64,000 bases of DNA from the human T2T-CHM13v2.0 reference genome, Homo sapiens: the NCBI RefSeq assembly GCF_009914755.1, contig NC_060931.1, one strand, 5' to 3'. The notes below the pieces were generated by a model. The model was not told the origin of the DNA. It did no database searches and was given only the letters and a program-made list of their open reading frames with translations. Positions 27,111-43,436 of this stretch are shown here, piece by piece (the first letter of the stretch is position 1; every line of letters begins with the position of its first letter). A program made the position numbers and the translations under genes.

Positions 27111-29574
27111 CAGACTACCCGCCATAGAGTCATGATCCATTCACCAAACAAATACTAACTGAAAACCTCCTCTGTGCATAGTCCTCCCTGTGAGGCACAT
27201 CAAGGGAAAAGATGGGCACACCAAGAGAGAAAAAGAAGTGTGCCAGCACAGGGTTCTGGCTTCCAGAAATAGATTACAGCACATTCTAGCTAGTATTTGA
27301 CAATATAAGTTAGACCTTCACTTCTGTGATGGTCAGGAAGTGAGAGGGATGTTTTGCGGAGGGAGGGGCTTGCAGAGGTGGTGGTAGTACATGAAAGAAC
27401 TGACTGGGATTTGTGTGCCCTTAGAAAAGGGGAGGTCAACAAGACACTAAAGCAGAAGGTTGACAGAGTGAGATCCAGTGGCAAACTAGAATGAAACTTT
27501 GGACAAATCCTGCCAAAGACTGAATTGTTACCATGTTCTTATTGGAAAGGCTAGGCTGTGGAATGGAGATGGTCTTTCACATGGTGGGAGATGTCCTAGA
27601 AGTGGAGAAGTGGGCGTGGACTCTAACATTCTGATGGTCTTCTGTGTGGTGGCTGGTGGGGGACTCTTCTGCCTTTTAAAACCTTCCTTGTGGACACTGA
27701 CTTTTAACCTCACTGAAAGTGCTGAGCCCTGTTCAAAGACTCATATGTAGCTTACTTTTGAAGAGACTTGAAGCTGTAAACTTCATAAGTGTTTGGGAAA
27801 TTTAGTTTTCTTTGGGTAGGGCCAATGCCTTGAGAACAGGTCCATTGTTTTGTGTTATAAGAGGTTATTGTTATTTTACATAACATAGAAACTCAAGGTT
27901 TTGCCTCGGAATTTGTATTGGGGTGATCCCAAGAGGTTTATAACATGTGATATGAGTCAAGTAAGGGCAACAACTGTATTGACCTAATTACTAATCAAAT
28001 CTAAAAATTTGTCCAAGTTCAAGTGTGATAGCCTCTGGGAGATATTATTTTGTTATTGTTGTTTTTGAAGCAGGAGGAGTCAAGTGTACTGGAGGACAGT
28101 AAAGAGGAAGACCTTCTATCTCTCTTAGAGTGTGTCTGAGATGGGGGTCACCAGTGTGCCTTGTTTATTTTATGAGGGTGCCTGAGCAAGTTATGGAATT
28201 GGAAGATTTTGCACTGTGATAAGCACTTGAGGGTCTGTTTCCTGTTTTTTCCTATCTGTGGATGAGGACTATCTTGAAACTAGCAATAAATAGAGAATTT
28301 AAGTCATGCATGCTACCAGCTCAATTATAACTGACTTATTTTGTGTATTTAGTACTAGTATCATTATTATCATTGTTATTTTGCTAATGACAATGGGGGA
28401 GTTTTAGCAAAATAATAGTGAAAAACCATCTGGATTAGTAGACAGGCATTCTGGCTCATTTTCTCATCTGTTGAATATCACCATCAGCAAGTTTGCATTG
28501 GGAACCATTTTTTGACAATTACCCCAGCGCAAGGCTCTAGAACTGCAAAGATGGATAAAATATGATTCCAGTTCTAAAACTCACCAGTGCCTCACAATCA
28601 GCAAGAACAAGTGGAGAACATTCAAGTGGAAAGAGAAAGTAATGCTCTCAAATGTGCAGGGTTTGCCATGTGGAAAAGAAAGATGTGGGAATGGGAAAAT
28701 GTACATTTAGGAAAAAAACAGTTTAAGTATAGGCCTTGGAGTATAAAAATATGAGGCTTACTTGAGGACCGAGTAGGACAAGAAGTGGAGTGTGAGTAGA
28801 GAATAGAGTTTGGAAGTGTTGCATAGAGTTGTGATAATAAGAGGTGTTGACCTTGGAAAAATGAATGGGGGGTCGGTTGTGCTGGCTGCTATGAGCCATC
28901 AAATGTTTTGGAACAGGGCTGTCATGTGAGCAGCTCTGTGTTTCAGAGAGAACACAGCCAACACAAAGGCAATGTGTTTAGCAAAGTGCAGTGTGAACTT
29001 GGAATTTGGTCCCCTCTTTGACAGAATACATTTTCCCTTTTTAAAAAGAGATTTATCAGCCTAGAATGTATGGGCTCCTTTCTATACATGGTTAAATAAT
29101 AATGGAAAGGTAAGAACATTTATTTTCCACAAATAAAGTTCAATTAGATAATGTTTAAACTTCCCTAATTGTGTTTGAGTAATTGGTACTTGTTTAAGCT
29201 CTTTAGAGAGTGGAAATCTTTAGAGGGGAGGAAGTCCTTTTCTCTCAAAAACATTGAGAATGAACACTGGAATCTGAATGGAGATATATATATATAATAA
29301 TTTTGGACAAATGGTTACTATAATGGGGAGCTCATATGAATCACTAAAATATTAAATAATTGAATAGCAAAATAAGCAGAAGACATGACTAGGCAATTCA
29401 AAAAGTAATACACTAAACATATATAAAACCAAGTTACCTAGTTACTAAAATGCATATTAAAATAATGAGATGCCAGTTTTTTACATACCAAAATGGAAAA
29501 TGTTTTTAAAAATAACATATTTCATTGAACTATTCATAAATGGTAAGTGCAGGGAAACAAGAGCTTTGTAATAC

Positions 29575-29891
29575 TTTTTTTTTTTTTTTTTGAGACGGGG
29601 TCTCACTCTGTCACCCAGGCTGGAGTGATGTGATCTCAACTCACTGCATCCTCTGCCTCCTGGGTTCAAGCAATTCTCTTAACTCACCCTTGTAGGGTTA
29701 CAGGAGTGCACCACCATGCCTACTAATAGAAAAAAGTTTTTTTCTACTAAAAAAAAAAGTTCATATTTTTAGTGGAGATGGGGTTTCACCATTTTGGTCA
29801 GGCTGATCTTAAACCTCTGACTTCAAGTGATCCACCTGCCCTGGGAGCCTAAAGTGCTGGGATTACAGGTGTGAGTCTCTGTGCCTGGGCT
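29575..29891 (-). mobile_element. Old Alu (S/J)
   Basis: Diverged antisense Alu. Confidence 0.85.
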
Positions 29892-30009
29892 CTAAGTATA
29901 ATTGGTGTCCTATTTGTATATGGCAGTTATTGCACTGTGCATCAGCAGCCTTAAAATGTGCTATATTTCTTAATATAGCAATTTTAACTAATAAATTTAT
30001 CACTTATAA

Positions 30010-30610
30010 TGAAGCAGTGTCGTCTGTCTGGGGTAAATACTTGGGTTTTGTCGTCTCATGCCAAGGAAATTGAGTATGTGGACACACAAGAAGTAGGTTT
30101 AGAAGTGGAGGTTTAATAGGCAAAAGAAAGAGAAAGGAAAATAGCTCTCTCTCCTGTGAGGGAGAGGGTTGCCTGAGTGGACTTCCGGCCTGCAGCAAAG
30201 CGCACCAGATTTTATAGACCGGCTTGAGGAGGCAGGGTCTGATTTACATATGGCCCAAATATTGGTTGAGCCAGGTGTGATGTTTACACAGTGCACGGGG
30301 AAGCTGACTGCCCCCACCTAATCTTCTATAATGCAGATGCGGTCTTTGCCTGGCTGATGCCATGTTGCCTGCTTCTTACTGTACACATGGTTTACAAAGG
30401 AAAGGGAAGATAGAGCCACCATTCTGAACATGCCTAGTCCCCAGGTAGCACCTTTTCTTATTGACACAGCTGCCGGCGTTTATCTGTGCAAGCTTCCGTC
30501 TTGCTTATCTATGTCTGCAGCTCAATTTTACACACTGCTCTATGTTAGAAAAGAAATAATATGGGGGCTGTTTTTATTAAAATTAAAATTTCTTTTTAGC
30601 TCCTGCATCA
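30010..30610 (-). mobile_element. ERV1 solo LTR, MER61-family
   Basis: TG...CA termini; minus-strand 3' end gtatttaccccagacagacgacactgcttca; 4-bp TSD ataa at 30006-30009 and 30611-30614. Confidence 0.75.
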
Positions 30611-33129
30611 ATAATAGTTAATGTCATGGGAAACATTCATAATGTATTTGCATTTATAAACAAACAAGATAGTAAACTCTTGTGGTTCTTTTTAAGTTAT
30701 TTATACAAATGTATGGGGTACAAGTATAATTCAATTACATGCATATATTCCACAGTGGTGAGGTCAGGGCTTGTAGGGCATGCATCACTCAAATAATGTA
30801 GATTATAGCCATTAAGTAATTTCTCATCTTCTACCCCATCCTAACCCCTCACCCTATTAAGTCAGGTGTCATACTGTGCTGAATCTCAATGACCAACACA
30901 ACAAAGATACATTGTTTTCTGAGACTCAGTTTTAAAAATCAACCTCAGATAAAAGATGACTCCTAAGCCAATAAAACATTGTATTTGTTGTACACACACA
31001 CGCACATACACGTGTGTGTGTGTATATATATATATATTTGTTTATACTCAAGAAATGTATGCAGAGTCTTTCCCACTGCACAAACCTAAAAGTAAAGCCA
31101 AATGGCCCTATGCAATAAACATCATGGTAATAACTTCAAAAAATAAGCTTCCTCCAATGAATGTAAATTCAAAATAAAAAGAAGAAACTGTTGCTCCAGA
31201 TGTGCAGAAATCAATATAAAGACACAGGAAGCATGGAAAAGCAAAGTTTATGACACTTTCAAAAGAACACAATAATTTTCCAGTATTCTAACAAAAAAAT
31301 TCATCGAAATGTCAGACTTTAAAAGACTTTTAAAAAATAGGTTTTAAAGGAGCTCAAAGAGATGCAAGAGAAATCTGAAAACCAATACAAAAATAAATAA
31401 ATAAATAAATAAATTCAGAGAATGAATGAGAAATGTATCAAGGAGGTAGATATCTTTTAAAAGAAATCCAAACAAAAATTATGGAGGTTTATTGAAGGAA
31501 AAAGAAAATACATTTAAAGACTCAATAATAGATGAGAACAGGAATAAAACGAATTTTCAGAACTTGAAAACAGGTCTTTCAAAATAATCTACTCAGACAA
31601 AAATAAGGAAAAAAGAATAAAAGAGAATGAACAAAGACTTTGAGATGTTTGGGACTAAATATAGTGACTAAACTTACAAATTATCAGTGTTTTTGAGGGG
31701 TAAAAAACATCAACATTTTAGAAAACCTATTTAAGAAAATAATTGAAAACAAAGTTTAAGAAAACTTCCCAAACCTCGCAACAGAGTTAGAAATCCATAT
31801 ACAAGAAGCCCAGCAATCACAGCAAAATACATTGCAAAAGGAATTCGTCATGGCATATGATAATCAGAATATCTAAAGTCAAAATGAAAGAAATAATTCT
31901 AAAACCAGCAAAAGAATAGCATCTAGTCATTTATAAAGGAAACCACATCAGACTAACAGCAGACTTCTCAAAAGAAACTTTACTGGCCGGAAGAGAATGG
32001 GATGGCACTTTTAAAGATGAAAGGAAAAGAAACTGCCAGCCAAAAATTTTACATTAAGCTAGATTAACCTTCACAAATGAAGAAGAAATAAAGTCTTACC
32101 CTGACAAATAAATGCTGGGGAAAGTAATTACCACTAGGCTGGGCCTACAAGAGATGTTCAAAGGATTTCTAATATAAAAACAAAAGATTGATATTCACCA
32201 TCATTAAAACATGTAGAAGTATAAAATAGGTCTTAAAAAAGAGAGAAAAAGAATAAATATCAAATCACAACACGACAGAATTTTATCAAACCACAAATAT
32301 AAATAGATTTAAAAAAACTAGAAAGCAACATTATGACAAAAACAAAACCTTACATGTCAATATTAACCTTGAATGCAAATCAATTAAATTCCACATCATG
32401 TGGTACAGATTTAGGAAATGGATAAGAAAAGTTGATTCAATACTATGTTGCCTACAAGAATATCACCTTACTTGTAAGACACATACAGACTAAAAGTAAA
32501 GGGAGGAATATAGTAACACAAATAGAAACCAAAAGCAAACAGGAGTATCTATACTTACATCAAATAAAACAGACTTTAAATAAAAATCAGTAACAAAAAG
32601 GATAAAGAAGGTAATCATCCAATAATAAAGATTCAATTCAGCAAGAGGATATAACAATTCTGAATATATATGCACCCAACATCAAAGCACCCAGATTTTT
32701 TAAAAAATTACTAAACCTATAGAAAAAGATAGACATCAATACAATAGTGGAGAAATTTAAAATTCTACTCACAGCATTAGAGAGATCATTGAAATAGAAA
32801 AGCTGAAAAATAATTATTTGACTTAAATTGGACTTTAGATCTAATGGACCTAAAAGACATCTGCAGAACATGTTTCCCACTCAATCGTAGAATATACACT
32901 CCTGTCATCAAAACATAGAACATTCTGCAACATAGACCATGTGGTATGAATAAAACAAGTCTCAACAAAGTACCCCCCAAAATCAAAATTATATCAACTA
33001 CCTTTTTAAACCACAGTAGAATAAAACTACAAATCAATATGAAGAGGAATTTCAGAAACTAAAATTATGAAGAAATTAAACAACATGCTCTTAAACAGTC
33101 ACCGTGTCAATTAAGAAATTAAGATGGTC

Positions 33130-33425
33130 AGCCGGGGGTGGTGGCTCACACCTGTAACCCCAGCACTTTGAGAGGCTGAGGCAGGTGGATCACCTGAAGT
33201 CAGGAGTTTGAGACTAGCCTGGGAAACATGGCAAAACCCTGTGTCTACCAAAAATACAAAAAAAAAAAAAAAATCTGGGTGTGGTGATGTGCACCTGTGG
33301 TCCCAGCTACTCAGGAGGCTGAGGTTGGAGGCTCACTTGAGCCAAGAGGTGGAGATTGCAGTGAGCCAAGATCATGCCATTACACTCCAGCCTGGGTGAC
33401 AGAGTGAGACCCCATCTCAAGTAAA
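33130..33425 (+). mobile_element. AluJ-like
   Basis: Diverged Alu; TSD aaattaagatg. Confidence 0.85.
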
Positions 33426-34132
33426 AAATTAAGATGAAAAGTAAAAATTTGTGGGAACAAATTGGAAATAGAGACGCAATATAATAAAACCTGTGAGACA
33501 CCACAAAAATAGTACTAAGACAGCAGTTTATAGCACTAAATGCCTGCATCAAAAAAGTAGAAAGCTTACATATTAAGGACCTAACATCACACTTCAAGAA
33601 ACTAGAAAATTAATAACGAACCAAATTCCAAGTTAGAAGAAGAAAAAAATAACAAAAACAAGAACAGAATCAAATGAAATAAAGACCAAAAACAATACAA
33701 ATGATCAACAGAATAAAGAGTTAGTTCCTCAAAAAGACAAAATTGATAAATTGCTAGCTAGACTAACTGCAAAAATAAGAGAGATCTAAATAAACAAAAT
33801 CAGAAGTAAAAGGATAGACATACAATGGATACAACAGTAATAAAAAAGATCACTAAAAACTATTAAAAACAACTAGACACTCACAAACCTGAAAACCTAG
33901 AAAAAAAAAGAATAAATTCCTGGAAATATACAACCTCCCAAGATAGAACCAGGCAGAAACAGAGTGCCTGAAAAGACCAATAATAAGTAGCATGATTGAA
34001 TCAGTAATAAAAAAAGTCTTGAAAAAGAAAATCTCAGGACCAGATGAATGCACAAATTCTACCAAATGTACAAAGAATTAATAATAATCCTCCTGAAACT
34101 CTTCCCCAAAATTGAGAATAATGAAATTCTTT

Positions 34133-34432
34133 TTTTTTTTTTTTTTGAGACGGAGTCTCGCTCTGTCTCCCAGGCTGGAGTAAGTACACTGGTGCGATCT
34201 TTGGCTCACTGCAAGCTCCGCCTCCCACGTTCATGCCATTCTCCTGCCTCAGCCTCCCAAGTAGCTGGGACTATAGGTGCCCGCCACCATGCCCGGCTAA
34301 TTTTTTGTATTTTTAGTAGAGATGGGCTTTCACTGTGTTAGCCAGGATGGTCTCGATCTCCTGATCTCGTGATCTGCCCGCCTCGGCCTCCCAAAGTGCT
34401 GGGATTACAGGGATGAGCCACCGCGCCCGGCC
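34133..34432 (-). mobile_element. AluY
   Basis: AluY diagnostics; TSD atgaaattcttt. Confidence 0.9.
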
Positions 34433-35588
34433 ATGAAATTCTTTCTAAGTAATTCTGAGGTCATTATCACCCTGATACCAAAACTAGCCAAGGACACACA
34501 ACAACAACAACAACAACAAACTATAAGCCAATATCTTTGTGAACATAAATGCAAGAATTTTCAACACAATACTACTAAACTGAATCCAACATAAAATAAA
34601 AATATATATATACCATGATCTAGTGGGTTCTATACCAAGGATGCAATAATGGTTCAAAGTACACAAAGCAGTATACATAATAAGCTACATGAACAAAATT
34701 AAAGACAGAAACCATACGGTTATCTCAACAAATGCAGAGATAGAATTTAATAAAACTCACCATTTCTTCATGATGAAAACCCTCAATAAATTAAACATAG
34801 AAGTAACATTATAATTATAATGAATGAGAAAAATTATTTTTAAGAACCAAAACAAGAAAAGGATGCCATTTTTACCACTCCTATTTAATATAGTATTGGA
34901 AGTCTTAGAGCAATCAGGCAAAAGAAAGAAAGAAAGAAAGGCACCTAAACTAGAAAAATTAAATTAAATTATTCCTGTTCACTGATGATGTGATATTATA
35001 TTTAGAAAGACCTAAAAACTCTACCAAAGTCTTTAAAATATGATAAATGAATTGAGTGAAGTGTCAAGATACAAAATCAATATGCAAAAATTAGTAGTAT
35101 TTCTATACACAAACAGTGATCCAACTGGGAACCAAATCAAGAAGGCAATTTCATTTACAATAGCTACCAAAAAGATAAAATACACAGGAACATATTTAAT
35201 CAAGTAAATGAGAGATCTCTATAGGTAAACTACAAAACATTGATTAGACAAAATGTAAATGCCACAAAAAGAAAAATGGCTCATGCTCATGGATCGAAAG
35301 AATTAATATTGGTAAAATAACCATACTGCCCAAAGCAATCTACAGATTTACTGCAATCTCTATCAAAATACCCCCATTATTTTTTACAGAATTAGATAAA
35401 AACTATCATAAGATTCATAAGAAAGGGGCCAAAAGAGCCAAAGCAATCCTAAGCAAAAAGAACAAAGCTGGAGGCATCACTTACCTGACTTCAAATTATA
35501 CTGCAACACAATAGTAACCAAAGCAGCATGGTACTGGTATAAAAACAGACATGTAGATTAAGGAAACAGAATAGAAAACTCAGAAATA

Positions 35589-35901
<313 letters not shown>

Positions 35902-37487
35902 TCAGTCAATTGATATTTGACTAAACTGATCACAAGATACACTAGAGGAAGAATACCCTGTTCAGTAATAGTGCTAAGAAAATTGGATTACCATATACAG
36001 AAGAATAGAAACAGATCCCTATCACTCACCATATACAAAAATCAACTCGAGATGAATTAAAGAATTAAAGTAAGACCTGAAGCTATAAAAGTGCTAAAAG
36101 AAGATGTGAGAAAAACTCTTCTGGGCATTGGTTTATGCAAAGTATTCATGACTAAAACCTCAAACATGCAATAAACAAAAGTAAAGGAAAATAGACAAAT
36201 GGGACTCACACTAAAAAATTTTGGCACAGCAAAAAAAATAATCAACAGGGTAAACAGGCAACCTACAGAATAAAAGAACATATTTGCAAACTATGTGCCA
36301 ACATGGAACTAATATTCAGAATTTACAAATAACTCAAACTCAAATCATCATAGTAATAAAAACAAAGAATCCCATTGAAAATGGGCAAATAACTAGGCAT
36401 TTTTCAGAAAAGACATACAAATAGCCAGCATGCATATTTTAAAAAAGCTCAATATCACTAATTAGCAGAGAAACAGAAAGTAATACCACAGTGAGATATT
36501 GCATTAGCAATAATGGCTACTATTAAAAAGAAAAAACATAATAAACATTGGCAAAGATGTGGAAAAAGGGGAACACTCTATACACTGTCAGCAAAAACAT
36601 ATAAATTAATGTAACCTCTGTAAAAAACAATATGGAAATTTTTCAAATAACTAAGAATAGAACTACCATTTGATTCAGAAATCTCATCATTGGGAATCTA
36701 CCCAAAAAAAGAATTTATTATATTAAAATGATAGATACATTTGCATGTTTATTGCATCATACTCAAAATAGCAAACCATATATATGATAAGAGTTTAATA
36801 TTCAAAATATATGAGAAATTCAAAGCAAAGGTAAATATAATAATAATGATGATAATCCAACTGAAAAATAGACAGAAGACTACAAAATATTTTGTCAACA
36901 AATATATACAACAAATGACCAACAGGTATATGAAAGAGTGCTCAATATCACCTACCATCAGGCAGTTGCAAATGAAACCAATAATGAGCTACCACTTCAA
37001 ATCTGTTAGGATTGCGAAAATCAGAAAGAAAAAATAGAGAAATAACAAGCCACGTTTGTCATTGATGTTCCTGAGATTCCTGAAACAAATCTTAATATCA
37101 CCACTGCTCTCACACATTTCAGACATGATGGAAAAAGAAAACTTTAAAAATGATCTAACATGCAGTTCCTCAAAAATAAAGATATTCTTGTATCCCCCCA
37201 AAGCAATGGAAGAACAGGCATATCATGCAGTACCTTATAAGCCATAAAGAAGACTCTGGCTCTCATAGTAATCTCAAAGGAAAATCACAGAATGGGAAGT
37301 AGAGTCTTTAGAGAATTTAAGGGTATGGGAAAGAAGATGCTCCTATTTGAGAGCAAGAGGAAAAAGTGGCTTTTTAGGAAACATTTCCATTGAAGCAGAG
37401 TGTCCCATATCACATTTTAAGGTCTGGCATTCTTTTTGACCTTTGTACCTCTGGTCTGTGTTATCTGCTTCATTCATGCTTACCTAT

Positions 37488-37623
<136 letters not shown>

Positions 37624-38084
37624 TTACTGACCTAGTATTATGTTCAGTAGAGAGGAGAGAATATTATAAAACATTCTAAAAAATTAATTTCAAAGTACTG
37701 TTTTCTGACAGAACCTTTAGAATATTTAAAACATATTTTACATTTCTGGGCCCTTAGCTCTACTATCCAACACTATTGAATTTAAAATTGGTGATGAATA
37801 TTGGATTTCAATATTTGGGCAACAATATTTTACGCCACTGAATTTCTAGATTTCTACTAATCTAGAGTGAAGGATACAGATTAGCTCAAGAAAGGGGAAG
37901 GTTTCTGTTAAGATAAAACATCTTGAAGATTTTCTTTCTTTATTCCAAAAAACCTTCATGTTTCCCTTAAAAGTATTGATCTAAAAATAATTTAAGCAAG
38001 CAAAAACTCCCAAGATCATTCTACAAAGGGAGCAAATAGAAACCTTAGGGTGTATTAGGAATTCCGGGGAAATGTCATTCTCAC

Positions 38085-38210
38085 CTAGGGAAACCAGCTT
38101 TCTGAGTTTTCTAACATCACATCCCTATACAAATTCCACTGAGCAGGATTCAGACATTCCCACTCCTTCTAAGATAATTCTATGGCCGCATCCTTCAATG
38201 TTCGCAGTTT
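38085..38210 (-). pseudogene. KRAB-A exon of a KRAB-ZNF pseudogene (ZNF91-family-like)
   Basis: Encodes [34 protein letters not shown] then a -1 frameshift (126 nt versus the canonical 127); intact AG acceptor and GTGAG donor. Confidence 0.93.
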
Positions 38211-38589
38211 CTAAAAGACAGACACACACACATATTTAGCAAGTGGTCATGGGCAGAATACCTAATTTGACTCTAGGTGTTTGAGAGTTAAGAGAGGTGG
38301 CTCTGTTTTACACAAGAGACTTGAATTATCCAATAAGATACTGTTTAATACAGAATGATTCTCTAATGTATTCCCTCATTCTGAGAAAAGAGAATGAAAT
38401 AAGATCCACAGAACCAGTGTAGGTACTATAGTTTTCTGAATGATGCAGCATACAATTCATGGCATAAACACAAGCATATACAGTTTTGAGTGCTATATTT
38501 ACATCATACAGAGTAAGTTGTATATAGTTCCCATATGGAGAAGTCACATTAAGTTAGAAGGTACCTCTCATATGTTAATGTGTACATCA

Positions 38590-38695
38590 ATAAACTGGAG
38601 ATTTTGTTAAAATGCGTATTCTAATTCAAGAGACTTGGGATGAGACTTGAGTTTCTGCATTGCTAACAACTCATCAATGATGCCAATGATTCTAG
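38590..38695. mobile_element. MER5-like hAT MITE relic
   Basis: ctggagattttgttaaaatgcgtattct...tttctgcattgctaacaactc...gatgcc resembles MER5A. Confidence 0.55.
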
Positions 38696-40384
38696 CTAAG
38701 AAAAATATTTTGTAAAACATCTAGTAAGTGACAGAACCTGGGTTTTATCCCAGTGTATAAGACCAGTAAACAATGATGACAACCTTCATTTTCTGAAGCA
38801 AGGTATAAACAAAGAGAAACAAATAAGAAAGGGGTACTTTCAGATTAAATGTGATTGTTTATGCACATTGATCAGAAAGTCTCTCCAAGATACCTGCTAA
38901 TGACAGAGTTCAAAGAAAAAGTAACTTTATGGTGGAGGAATCCTTTAGAGAGCATCTTAACCAAGTGAATAAAATTAATGAGACAAATTGGTATCAGGTG
39001 CTGATACATATGGGCAGATTCAACATGACTTCTGGAAGATTACTGGCCAAAAAACATAAACCATAATCAGAATCTAATCATAAAAAATCAGTTTTATGTA
39101 AAATTCAAGCCACATATGTTTCCCATGTTTTGTAATTTCTAATAGTGTATTTAAATACTCCCTCTTTAGCATCCTAGAAGGCACATTTAAAAAATTTAAT
39201 TCCTTTTCTTATCTTCTGAATTATCCCAGGCAATTAATTCCATCCTTTTTAAGTGTGCATTTAAAAGTTATGTTCTTCACAGAGCTGATGGAGCATCCAG
39301 ATGGAACATAAACAGTGGACTTTTCTCACTCACTGATATCTGAGGACCCAGCACCATCCCCAAAAAGAATGTTTTATATCCCCACCTGCCCAGACAGATC
39401 TGTCAACAAAGGGCATACTTTCAATATTTCAGAGTATAAATTCAAGATGAGAATTATCTGTGATATGTAAGAAGCCTGGATGGAGGGAATGAAGATAAGG
39501 CTCTAATATAGAGGGGAGAATTATTTTAAAGAGGTCCTTTCGCTGTCATGAGAAGAAAAGAAAAAAGGTAGTTAAAATAATCTTGTTAGGCAGAAACATC
39601 AGAAGTAGAAATGGAAATGATTGCAGTTCTAGATACATGACATTCTAGAAGAAAAAGTGGACACAGTTTTTGACCTGGGACACACTTATCTGAGAATCAG
39701 CCATTTTTTCTCTCTTCTCGGATTCCTTCTCAGGAGAGATTAACTGAACAAATCTCACCTTCATCTTCAGAATGTGTCCTTGAAGGCATCAGGCCAAACT
39801 TTTTACCTGGCACCACCACACCCACAGGCAGAAGGACCTTAAAGTGCAGAAAATGTTCTCTCCTTCTGGCCTCTGTTGTAGAATTCAGAAACAATGACCT
39901 GCTATATAAAGATTTTCTCATTTTTCTGCCCTCTAGTACTCTCCCTCGCCACAGACTCCAGTGATTTCTGTTACAGCAATGGGAATATGGGCCAAACTGA
40001 CTAGCACCCTACCAAATGCAAGCAGAGAGCCTCTGTGATCTCCCTTCAGGGAAAAAGCTTAAAGCTTTTCAACTCTCCTGAAAGGATTTGGGAGCCCTTG
40101 TGCTTTACCCTGGCCTCACCTGGGAATCACATGGGGCAATTAATTAGAACCACATGAATGATTCCACCCAGAACAATAGGTAGAAGCAGTGGCGAGGGCA
40201 CAGGGGATGGCATTTCTTCAAACTGGCCAGACGCTCTTAAATGGAAGTTTAGGGTGAGAGCCACTTAGCTAAGCATTGCCTTTCAAGCTTTCATGTGCAT
40301 ATAAATTATTTGGTATTCCAGATCTCACTCACTGTAAGAAAATGCGATTCTGTTGGTTTGGAAGGGAGCTCATTAGTTAACTTA

Positions 40385-40685
40385 TTTTTTTATTTTTTTT
40401 TTTGAGACAGAGTCTCACTGTGATGCGCAGGCTGGAGTGCAGTAACATGATCTCAGTTCACTGCAACCTCCGCCTCCAGGGTTCAAGCGATTATCTTGCC
40501 TTAGTCTCCTGAGTAGCTGGGATAACAGGTGCCCGCCACCACGCCCAGCTAATTTTTGTATTTTTAGTATTGACGGAGTTTCACCATATTGGCCAGGCTG
40601 GTCTCGAACTCCTGACCTCAAGTGATCCGCCCGCCTCGGCCTCCCAAAGTGCTGGAATTACAGGCATGAGCCAGCGTGTCCGGCC
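40385..40685 (-). mobile_element. AluS
   Basis: Antisense full Alu. Confidence 0.9.
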
Positions 40686-40689
40686 CATT

Positions 40690-41675
40690 GCCCTTTTTTT
40701 AAGCCTAGGCTTGAAGTCCATGCTGCCAGTCGGGTTGCAGTCACCACTCACAGCTCAAGATGCTCACTTACCCCAACTTCCTGTGGCAGTAGTAGAGGCT
40801 GTGCCTGCAGTGGTGTGCGAAGGGAAAAGAGGGGTCTCATTCTCCATGCTTGAGCCACTGCACAGAGGCTGTGCAGTTGGTGGGAGGGCATTTCACTCTT
40901 CATTTGCAGTGTGAGGACAGTTTTCGCACCTGTTGAGAGCAAAGTTACTTTTCACAGTCCCCAAGCAGGCAGCTATTGGACTCTGAAAGTAGAATGCTTT
41001 GATTGTCTTTTGTCCCAGTTTCGCCTTCTTGGTTCACTGAACTCTCCACTTTCCCAGGAGCAGCACTCTGTAAGGGCCAAAATTCTGGGGAACTGTGTCA
41101 TTCCTGGGTCCAGCCAGCTCTGTGCCACTGCAGCCCTTCAAGCTGGCACTGGCCAATGTCAGCGGTAGCTCCTGAGATGCAGATAGGGGAACTGAGGTTC
41201 ACAGGGATGGAGTCAGTCCCCTAATACCTGCATTTTCCCAGTGGCATCCTGACACAACCACTTGTATCTTGGTGGAAAGTGAGTAGCACAGTATGAGTCC
41301 CCAGTCTGGTGCTATGCTCCAAGGGTTCTTGAAGTCAACAGCCATGTTAGTGTCAGGGTTCATGAGAACAAAGGAGCTCTCCCACAGTTCAGACTGTGGC
41401 AGTCCACAGGAGAAATGTAGGCTGTGGAAACATTTCCTACTTACCTGTCCTCAGCAATGCTGAGGCCCTCCAGGTTCCTAGCAGGTATCTGCTGAGTTGG
41501 CCTCTTGCTTCCTTTTCCTTCGGTTCCTCAGGTTTTCTCTGTGAGTTCTCAATTAGGTTCTAGTGTTCTTTCCTTGATATTCTGTTTGAGGTATAATTAC
41601 CAGTTCACAATATTTATTGTTCTTTCTAAGGAGAACTGGCATCCAATGTCACTGGTTTACCATCTTGAGCCCCTT
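40690..41675 (-). mobile_element. Old L1 5'UTR fragment
   Basis: Minus strand begins ggggctcaagatggtaaaccag, matching the L1 start/YY1-type caagatgg motif, followed by GC-richer 5'UTR-like sequence. Confidence 0.6.
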
Positions 41676-41834
41676 TCCTTTTTTAAATATTTTATCTACA
41701 TGTATGTTTTCACAACTACCATGCAATGTAACGATGTCAAGTTGTACAGATGTGCATAATTTTTGTTACTGTTGATACTGAATAACCTGATTTTGTTTCC
41801 TTTTTTGCACATTATTTAAAATATTAGATAGTGG

Positions 41835-42985
<1,151 letters not shown>

Positions 42986-43005
42986 ATATATTTAAAAATA
43001 TTTTT

Positions 43006-43436
<431 letters not shown>

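Noticed and set aside
30990-31036. (CA)n followed by (TG)n hairpin potential
   Set aside because: Ordinary short compound microsatellite.
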